Source of the DNA: Podarcis filfolensis | Lineage: Eukaryota | NCBI GenBank assembly: GCA_964270895.1 | Contig: OZ185436.1 | Reading direction: 5' to 3' (one strand) | DNA: 64,000 nucleotides | Shown here: piece after piece, positions 23,558-33,470 of the stretch | How positions within the stretch are numbered: position 1 is the first letter of the stretch | Layout: every line of letters begins with the position of its first letter | Notes under the pieces: model-generated | The model's input: the letters and a program-made list of their open reading frames with translations, nothing else | Told to the model about the DNA's origin: nothing | The model's database searches: none | Translations under genes and position numbers: made by a program

Positions 23558-25249
23558 TAAAATTCACTGAGCAGTTTACCACAAACATTGCCCAGCACTG
23601 ATGTGCTGATAGGAGCTGTGGTCCAGCAACATATGAATGTGATTGTTTTAATGGAAAAGTAAATCAGTCCTACTTCAGTGCATTTTGATGCAGAAATAAT
23701 CACCACAGATCTCATCAGTATTTTTTCCCAAGTAAGCGTGCCTAAAAGAACAGGCCTATGCATGTTAGCTCAAGAAGTAAGTCTCGCTGAGTGTAGCGAG
23801 ATTTACTCCCAAGTAATTGTGACTTGGGATAAGTGCAGAAAGCACTTATTCAGGAGTATGCATCGCTGAACAGTATAGGAGCTCAGCTGCACTGAGTTGC
23901 CTTTTCCTTGGGGTCCCGGGTTCAATCCACAGCAAAGCCCCTGCCAGTCAGTGTGGACAATACTAAGTTAGATGTACCAATGGTTTGGTTTTATTTGATT
24001 TGATATAATGAAGCTTACTACGTTCCTATGAGCTAGACTTAACTGTGAAGAAATCTTTCTTCTCTATAAATTACATTAACTCAGGTGCACCCAAACTTTT
24101 TTCAAAGAGGGCCAGATTTGATGAAGTGAATATGCGTGAGGGCCGACCAAAGTTCTTGAGCTTTTTTTAGGATTGGATTTGCTGAGCTTTTTTTAGGTTT
24201 TTACTCCAGGACATATACTGCTACAGGAACCAGATTAGGCCCCCAAAACGGACTGCATTAACTGATCAACCCTCATTTTGGAAAACGCACATTAACATGT
24301 TCCTCCAATGGTGGAAGTTGTTCCATATTGGAGCCACCAGATGGCGACTAAAATCTAGGTGTTAGAAAAGTGCAATGTAAAATGGTCTATTGAATACAAT
24401 GTCTAATCTGAAATATTTGAGGGCTCGGCCACACTTCTGTTTTCCCCGCTTTCCCCAAGGAAAAGCTGCTGTTTGCTGCTGAATTGTAACAAACGGTCTT
24501 TCTGAGTATTGACTCTGTATCACCTTTGAGTATCGCCTTTGAGTTCTTTGCTAGTCCTGTAAGAAGGGTAGAGAAAATTCCTGTAGTGCAGGTAAGGCTG
24601 GTATTTCACCACAGAGAGATGAATGATAAGTGTGCATGTTTTACATCTCTAAGATCCTAGGCTGAATCCCTGACATTGCCAGTTTCTCTCTGTATGTGTT
24701 TTAAGATCTCAAGTAGCGGTGCTGGGATGGGCCTTTGCTCTTTATTATTTGCATTTCCTGGTCTCTCTCTCTCTCTAAAAAAAAATGTTTCACTACTGGG
24801 TAGGCAATCTTGGGCTAAAAGCATCTGCTCTTCATGCAGACGGACCCAGATTTTATTCCCTGGCATGTCCAAACAGGGCTGGGAGAGATCAGTGCTTTGG
24901 CTCAGTATAAGACTGTGTCCTATATTCCTATGTCTGTCTCAAATTCCAGTTATCTGGGTTAATTTAATGAAATACTGACTCAGCCACTAAGTACTGTAGA
25001 AGAAAATAAAATGCCTGTCAGTGTCCCCTTCCTCCATCTCTGGACACAACAGATGCGGGGGTGGGGGTGGGAGAAGCAGAGAGAACTATTTTCACAATAA
25101 TGGACTCTTTCCTGTCATAGAAATTCAGAGAGCAAATCAGTTTGATGACCTTTTATGTAAGAAGAGATGGTATCTCTAATTCGGAAAACGGCGAAAGGGA
25201 AAGTAGGTATGGCTGAGGCAGCTTTTGTGGGGTTGTGTGGCAAATGCAG

Positions 25250-25251
<2 letters not shown>

Positions 25252-25283
<32 letters not shown>
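25252..25283. repeat. (TG)n microsatellite
   Basis: Direct reading. Confidence 0.95.
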
Positions 25284-25285
<2 letters not shown>

Positions 25286-27816
25286 CTGGGAGAGGGACTG
25301 GAAGATGGATGTTTTGGATCTTCTTAAATTGTCTGAAAATGAGTCTGACTCTGTTCCACAATTGCAGCTCTTTAAAAATATGCATCCAGAATCCTCTCTT
25401 GTAAGAGTGGATTGTTACTGATGAATGTGTCTGTATTCTAATGGTGTGAGGATGTTTCCCTTCCAAAAAAGCCGGCTTTCAAAACCTTTAGATGAAACCC
25501 CTTCTCGCAGAAGATACACACAAGATCTACAGGAAATGGAAAGAGGGACTTGCCTCTTGATGGCATTCTGAAGCAGGGCAGGAGAGGAACCAACGCTGGC
25601 ACAAGTGACAACGTACCTAAGGAAGAGCAGAAGACCAGCTGAGCAACTGGGCTTGGAGGACATTCTGCCCATCCATCACTTGGAAAGCTCAGGAGGAGTC
25701 AAGGTATTTGAAAGAGGCAGGGATGACTGAGCAAAAACCCAATAACAAGTGTTCTGAAACTTCTGACGCAGGAGATACTTAGCCTTTTAATAAACATTCC
25801 TTTAAAGAGGAGGGGAGAAATCATGACATTCATTTTGTGCAAAGTTCTGGCCTTGATGTGTACTCATTCTGTTGCTGGACCACCACACACACTCCGTTGG
25901 GCTGGCGTTTGCATGCGAAGGTCAACAAAGTTCACAACCTGTGCTGCACTCAGGGACACATTGACACAAATAGGCCGGATGCCAAGATTAGTATCAGGTG
26001 AACGCCACTGGAGTTCACGGAAGTTCACCTCCTCCCTGCTCCCTCTGATTACCTTCAAGGTCTAATTGCTGAGTCATCCTGAACACCCAAAGGACTGGGA
26101 GAATTATAGGTGTGTAGGTAACAGGCACCCCCTTTGCAGCCCATCTGTCGGTAGAGCAAACCCATCACAAGTCAAAGCAGCAATTTCACAACTTTGTCTT
26201 CAAAATATAACCCTGTGTATGTATTGCCTATACCTGGAGAACGTTTCATATGGAGGTGGTGTGTAGAAACCTCTGGACGAGATTCAGCTAAGTTGTGTGC
26301 ACAGAACAAGGTTTGCTCATACAGTGGGACCCCCTCCTCAATTCTCCTCCCCCTGGTCTTCCTAAATGTGCTCTGGATGGGGGTGGAAACCAAAACAGTT
26401 TCAGGGAGGTGGGTAGAAGAGAGGTGGGAATCTTCTCCTTGCGCAAGCGGACTTCATTCTGTGTACTCATGTTTCCTACCCCATTTGAATGCTGATTTAT
26501 TTTGTTATTCCTGGAATGGAAAGAGCTGACCAAGCTGGTCAAGCTTTACCACATTTATGAGAACCAGGCCTAACTTTGGCCTATCCTAACTCAAAAGGTG
26601 GTTTTGGTGAGACGGAGGCTGACAAACCCATGGCTATTTAGAGCTCCCTGGAGGAAGGGTGAGATGTAGATGAAATAAGTAAGAAGAGAAACAGAACACA
26701 CACACACACACACAATGTTTATTTCTGCTTTATGCCTTGCCAAGAACCCTGTTGGCAAAGGATGAGTAACACTGATGTACTGTAGCATTGAACGGAATCC
26801 AGAACTCTTATCACCAGCCCTTTTTCTGCCCCGCTCTTCTCATTCTGCAGATTTTTCAATCTGAAAGGTTGGCTTCATGACACAGAGCCAGCTGGTTCAT
26901 ACAAGTTCAATGAGAGATTGCCTAGTCTAGATAAAAACTTGCTGAATGCCACGTGTAATGATTTGGAATTCTAGAAGCTTCCTGTAGAACTTGGTGTTTA
27001 CAGCACTGGTGCTTGCCCCAGTCGGAAGGAACCACCTCACTCGCCTTGTTGGGCCAGCAGCAGTAGCAGCAATAAAAAGAAGGGTGGTGGTTGCGGGGAG
27101 ACTTCAAGATTCACATCTGGGTTCTTCTCCAAGGCAAGCTATACTGTCACTCTTCTGGACAGCTCAGTGTATGCTATACGTTATCACTTGATCCCCACAA
27201 TTTCGAATTATGTCCTGCATGTCTGAATCTTCACAGACAACTTCAGTGCTTGCTTTGCAGGTACAGCAGTGGGTGGAAGCCGTTGTTCAGAGCCTCCATT
27301 CCCACCCCACAGGGCTGCTGTAGTCCTAGCACAATATGGGCAGAATAACTCACACTGTTCCTTTCCCTCCAACAATCATTACTTGATCCCTGCAGGCTGG
27401 CGACTGTGTGGAAAAGGCTTGCACAATTGGCCCTGCCCAGTTGGTTCCAAGCCTTAGGACATTACAGGAGTCTTGTGGGGTGAATCTCCAGAAAAGCAGC
27501 TCTCATACTTCTTTCCCAGCCCGAACTGCAGGTGCTGAGAATTGAACCAAGGGCCTTTTGTATACACTGAGCACAGGAAGTTGATGCTCATTTCCTTAGG
27601 AACTCATTGGGGCTTACTTTTTATCAAGCATGGTCAGCATGCACTCACTTATTTTATTCCTTATTTATTCAGTATTGCCATGCAGGGTGATTTTGTTTCA
27701 ACAAGCATTTGGGCATCTTATGCTGTGTCATTTATTAACTATGGGAAATATGTATGTCACTTTCCTACAACAGGAAGAGGTTGTGCAATTAAATGAATGC
27801 AATGGTTCAAAGTACA

Positions 27817-28062
27817 GAGAGCCAGTGTGGTGTAGTGGTTAAGAGTGGTAGACTCGTAATCTGGTGAACCAGGTTCGCATCTCCGCTCCTCCACATGCAG
27901 CTGCTGGGTGACCTTTGGCCAGTCACACTTCTCTGAAGTCTCTCAGCCCCACTCACCTCACAGAGTGTTTGTTGTGGGGGAGGAAGGGAAAGGAGATTGT
28001 TAGCCACTTTGAGACTCCTTAGGGTAGTGATAAAGCGGGATATCAAATCCAAACCCTTCTTC
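27817..28062 (+). mobile_element. Squam3-type tRNA-derived SINE
   Basis: GAGAGCCAGTGTGGTGTAGTGGTTAAGAG...GATATCAAATCCAAA then CTT tail; near-identical inverted copy at 52857. Confidence 0.88.
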
Positions 28063-28929
28063 TACAGAACCTTTGAATTCATTTAATTGCAACGAGCCTG
28101 TGAATCCTTACAGCTCACTGTCTAAATGTATGGCTTTTTACTGCTTGCTTATTTATCTGCTCATATCATAATTTTTAAGATTATACATAGCTATGTTTAT
28201 CGCATTAGATGATATTAACGTTTTGTGTCATTCAGGGTGCGGGGGACTTAACTTCCGAGTGGATATGCGTAGGATTGTACCGTAAGTGTCTTGAAAGTTG
28301 CCATACATTTTATAGAAAAGCATGACTAAAAACTGATAGATGAACAAACAAACAAATAAGAATATTTAAAGTTCTCATGGGTAATTCAGACCTTACGCAA
28401 TATCTCCAAGACAATTGCCCAACCTTCTACTTTCATTGAAACATTAAAGAGCATGTGCCTCTCTGTGTGGGAGTCAAGCAGATGACCTGGAAAGTTTGCC
28501 ATTGCTGTTTTGTTGGCAGCTAATTGGCAGGATGTCTGTAAAGGACTTGAATCTGGATGCAGGACACACAGGCTTATTTATAAATGTGTCTTTACAGAAG
28601 GCTCTTGCACTGTACAGGGCAGAACAAAGAAAATCCGGTTGTACCCAGCTTCAATCCTCCTGTTGCACGTTTCCTCTTTATTTCCTTTCTCCATTGCCTG
28701 TGATTTGGGAATCTGCTTCTCTGCACTTGTCCAGTTCACTGAGCCATTTATGGCTGCTCTCTCATTACATTTTATGTTTATGGACTCTGCCATTGAAAGG
28801 GGGGGGAATGCTTAATCATTTATAAGAGTCCAAGCAGCCTAGGAGAAGAGGCAGAAAGGGGGTTTCCTTGTCTGTGCATTCCCACTGAGAACACAGAAGA
28901 GGGAAACACATGAGTGGTGTTCTTTTGTC

Positions 28930-29525
28930 TTCTGGGAACCAGGCAGAGGGCCTTCTCAGTAGTGGCACCCGCCCTGTGGAACACCCTCCCACCAGATGTC
29001 AAAGAGAACAACTACTACTAGACTTTTAGAAGACATCTAAAGGCAGCCCTGTTTAGGGAAGCTTTAATGTTTGATGCATTAAAGGTAAAGGTACCCCTGC
29101 CCGTATGGGCCAGTCGTGTCCGACTCTAGGGTTGCGTGCTCATCTCGCTCAAGAGGCCGTGAGCTGGCGCCGTCCGAAGACACTTCCAGGTCACGTGGCC
29201 AGCGTGATGAAGCTGCAGCTGGCGAGCCAGCACCAGCGCAGCACACGGAAACGCTGTTTACCTTCCCGCTATAAAGCGGTACCTATTTATCTACTTGCAC
29301 TTAAGGGTGCTTTCGAACTGCTAGGTGGGCAGGAGCTGGGACTGAACGACGGGAGCTCACCCCGCCGCGGGGATTCGAACTGCCGACCATGTGATCAGCA
29401 AGTCCTAGGCACTGAGGTTTTACCCACAGCGCCACCTGCGTCCCTTTGATGCATTACTGTATTTTAATATTTTTTGGGAGGCCGCCCAGAGTAATAAATT
29501 ATTATTATTATTATTATTATTATTA
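28930..29525 (+). mobile_element. L2 3' end split by a SINE insertion
   Basis: L2 sequence stops at 29081 and resumes at 29445. Confidence 0.8.
29082..29444 (-). mobile_element. Sauria/Squam1-type SINE
   Basis: Starts GGGACGCAGGTGGCGCTGTGGG, ends ACCTTTACCTTT; 12-bp TSD TTTGATGCATTA (29070-81, 29445-56). Confidence 0.9.
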
Positions 29526-32500
29526 TGTTGGCTCCACCATTGTGAATTAAGACACATTGCAAACATCTCAGCTCCTCAAAACATTTGTTTTATATCTTCA
29601 TCTCCCACCACATTTCTTTGGTGACCAACTCAGCCAGATCTCCACATATAACTGCTGAAAGTTGCCCAATTAGCTTAAAGCCAGTCTTAGTAAGCACTGT
29701 TATTTGTGAGTGTCTGCAACACTGCTTTTGACCACTGATTTCCCTCAGTGTATAAGTATTGTCTGCTGACTAGCAGCAGCTTTCCAGGTGGACCTTTTCC
29801 CAGTCCTACTTTGAGATGTCAGAAACTAAACATACTGTATATGCATTGCAGCTGCCCACCCCATCAACATCTGCCACCTGAGGCAGCTGCCACACTCTTC
29901 ATAATGGTAGGGCCGGCCCTGTAAATTACAGAGCAGGGATGGTTGCATTACTAGAGACCTGGGGCTAATCCATCTTCCTGATCTTGCCCTACAAAGCCCC
30001 TAATTTGAAGGACTTCCCCATTCTTCCTTGTGCTTGCTAGATTGATTGCTTTTTGTTGTGTGTTTTAAGTAACATAATTCCATGTGACACATTTAGCATC
30101 ATGTCTAGTTTGGCTCAGGAATCACAATCATGTGTGAGCTGCCAATGAAATGCACAAGGATAATTCCATGAGGATTAGAAGGCCAAAGTAGACATAGAAT
30201 TAATTGTTTAACCTCCCCGCCCCCATGATTCTGGCAAAACTCATGCCGCCATGCCCCCCCTCCCTGCACAAGTTACTATTTGCACTGAGAGCAAAAACTA
30301 CAATGGAAAAGCTCAGATAAATACAGATAGCAAGGGCTTTGTTTTTAAAACACGCACATACAATAAGGGATTTATTCAATAAGACAAGACCTTTCATAAA
30401 AATGTAGTTTAGATGTGTATGGAGCATAATAGAAAAGATGAAGAGCCTGTCAATTTTGTAGATAACAACAGGGATATTGATAGATGGACCCACGAGATCA
30501 TCAAATCAGTCATATCCTTCAGAGAGGAAAAGGCACAAAGCGAAAGCCATGTGACATATTAGATACAACAGGGAACAGAACTGCTCTCAGATGTTTGCAC
30601 CAAAGTCAGCCAAGTGTCTCGGGACTTACAAGATCATCTAAAGGAAATCAGCATTGAGGAGGCAAAATGTGAAGCCTAATTGTAGGCAAAGTACTTAAAC
30701 CCTTCTGCGTTTGATGAGTAGTGATCTTACAGATCTGATTGGGAGTGTGTAACTAGAAAGGTGCCAAGTGTACCAACCAAGCAGGTAGCAGAACCTCCTT
30801 TGATAAGGCTATTCCAATAGACTAGGAGTCAAATGGTGCCTTAAAGTAACAACCCTTTTGGTCACTAGGGTGCAGGTTAGCATGGTATGCAATGAATTCA
30901 TATGGGTGTTTCCTGAGTGATTCACCATATAGATTGTCATTTTTACCACGCCATTGCAAACATTCTAAAAGTCCATTAAATGAAGATGTGCTGATCATGT
31001 GCTCCATATTTGTGGAGAATAAAATTAGCACACTTGTGCAGATTGTGGGCTCAGCCATGTGAACCATAACCTGCATCCATACCAGAGGATCACCATAATT
31101 TGGTATTACTCTGGATGTTTCCATGACTTGGTGCTGGTGAACCACACTGGCCATGATAAGTTCATGGCTTCAAACCTGTTTCGGACAATATATCGCCCAA
31201 GCCTAACACACATCACGATTCGCGATATATTGCCAGGTCAAAAATTATGAAACTAATATCACAATACGGACTTCAAACCAGTTTTGGACAATACATCGAT
31301 ATATCGCCCAGCCCTAATCTCTACCATGAAACTTCAAGACTGAATGCAAATATGAATGGTACTGTTGGTATCTCTAATCAAGAAGGACTATTATTTGACT
31401 AATCAATAGATAATACGAGAGAGAAACTTGCCTTACATGTCTCATGCATGAAAGAATGCTTTTGAGCGTGGAACAGAGTAGCAAGTCTTGGAAGTAGGTG
31501 CAAAATAGATGTGCCAAGATTACAGAACAGCTTTTGGCTGTTGTGCAACATTGGGCGGGGGAGGGGGGGAGTTCTGTAAGCACCATCTTTACTTCAAACA
31601 AAATCATGTTTTAGAGACAGTGATTTCACCACCACCACCAACTGGCATGTATCTTTATGACTTGTCTACTTCAGTGCCTCAGAAAGGGTAGAAGGAATTA
31701 CTGTGATGCAAGAGCAGCCCTTGTTTGAGCAGCTTAAAAATATCCATGTGTTTGCTTGCCACATGGCCTTTTTTAAAAAAAACCCAGCCTGGGCAGACTT
31801 TTATCTGTGCCAGGCTTTTTGTTGTTGTTGTTGTTTAGCTCAGCTTTATGAGTCATTGTTTTGAAAGACTCTTGCCTCCTTGGAGTTGCTTCCGAAAATT
31901 AGGGCTATGATCTTATCTGCACTCACCCGGGAGAGAACCCCATTGAAATAAATGAAATGTGCTTAGGTGTGCATAAGATTGCACTGTAAATATTCGGAAT
32001 GTCTGTCTCTTACTAGGGAGGAGCTTGAACTTTGTAGAATAATGTTTTAATAGTCCATATCCTTGCTTCATAATCTGGAGCCTCTGAACCTGTACAAGAA
32101 TAAGGGTGCTTTCTAATGCTTGGTGCATAATACAAACCACAGCAGTTGCAGTCAGTGATGTTATGCAGACCCAGGGGAAGGCAGACTTCTGGCTTGAGGG
32201 ACCTACTTTGCTTTTTACTAGAACCCAGAGTCAAATAATTATTCTGAGTACCAGAACTAGCTGAGCACTCAGTCCTTCCATACTAAAAGCCCACCCACTG
32301 TTGAGCTTTCATTTCAGCAGTATAATTTGGAGGGGGGAAAGTCGTTTTGTTGTGCCATTGGGAGTCACAAATCCTCCTTGATCTGCTTTAAACCACCCAT
32401 AAATCTACCAGTATATCCCTACCTACAGCCCAAGTGTAGACTATCTTATTTATTCTTTTTTAAGTAATTGACTTCATCAACATATTATTCTAAATTATAA

Positions 32501-33329
32501 TGAAATATAATTACATGTTTGGTTCTGGTAGCACCTGAGGTGTAAGACTCAGGGATATCTTCTCTCTCTATCTGTCTCAAGGGAGGGTATGAGCCCCTAT
32601 CAATATGATGCTGAGCAATCAGTAGTAACTACCTGCGCTTGCTTTCTTGGTATAGAGGAGGCCTAGCAAAGGTGAGATTTTGTGAGGACAGTCAGCTGCA
32701 TAAGAACTGCCATGTGCCTTTAATACTCACCCACAGCAATTATTAAGAGTCCACTGTAGAGTGCATCAGCTTTCACTCGCCACATGAGTCTCGTTATAGC
32801 CCTGCCACACAAAGAAGTCAAGCTGTTTCGTCTCCTTGCTGCGGCTGTCGAAGTCTTTGCCGCAGGAGTTCGGTATTATATAAATCTCAGAGGCACATGT
32901 GCACTAAGCCCACAACATCCATTGTGCTCTGGCATTTAGAAGGTTTTTATTTGATTTGCTGGCCAGCGCTACCTCACATGCCCGTCTGTTAGCAGTTACA
33001 GGTGTGTGTATTTGTGTTTGATTGTGCTTTCCCTCTTTTTCATACAGCAGCTTTGAAAGAAATATTTGTTTATATTTATTTATTTAAGCAATTTATGTAC
33101 CACTTAACTGCAACTGTCGCTAAGCAGTATACAGAAAATATTACACAGAAAAGTTAAAAACCTGTTAGAACTATGAAACCAGATATTCAACAGGGAGGGG
33201 TGCTTGTCTGATCTCAGTTGGAAGGGTCCTTTGAAGGCAAAAACTGGGGCACCATGTTCTGGGATGCCAGACCTTTATATATAGTGGGAGGGACCCTATA
33301 TATAAGGGTCTGATGACTTCTGTTTCAGT

Positions 33330-33470
33330 GTATGTGAAGAAGTGTGCACGCACACGAAAGCTTATACCCAGAACAAACTTAGTTGGTCTCTAAGGTGCTA
33401 CTGGACAATTTATTTATTTATTATTTTTTAATTTTGTCTGTGTCAGACCAACATGGCTACCTACCTGATG
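33330..33470 (+). mobile_element. Penelope-like element terminal (pseudo-LTR) fragment
   Basis: TGAAGAAGTGTGCACGCACACGAAAGCTTATACC...TTGGTCTCTAAGGTGCTACTGG...CAGACCAACATGGCTACCTACCTG, recalled as the squamate Penelope terminus. Confidence 0.7.
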
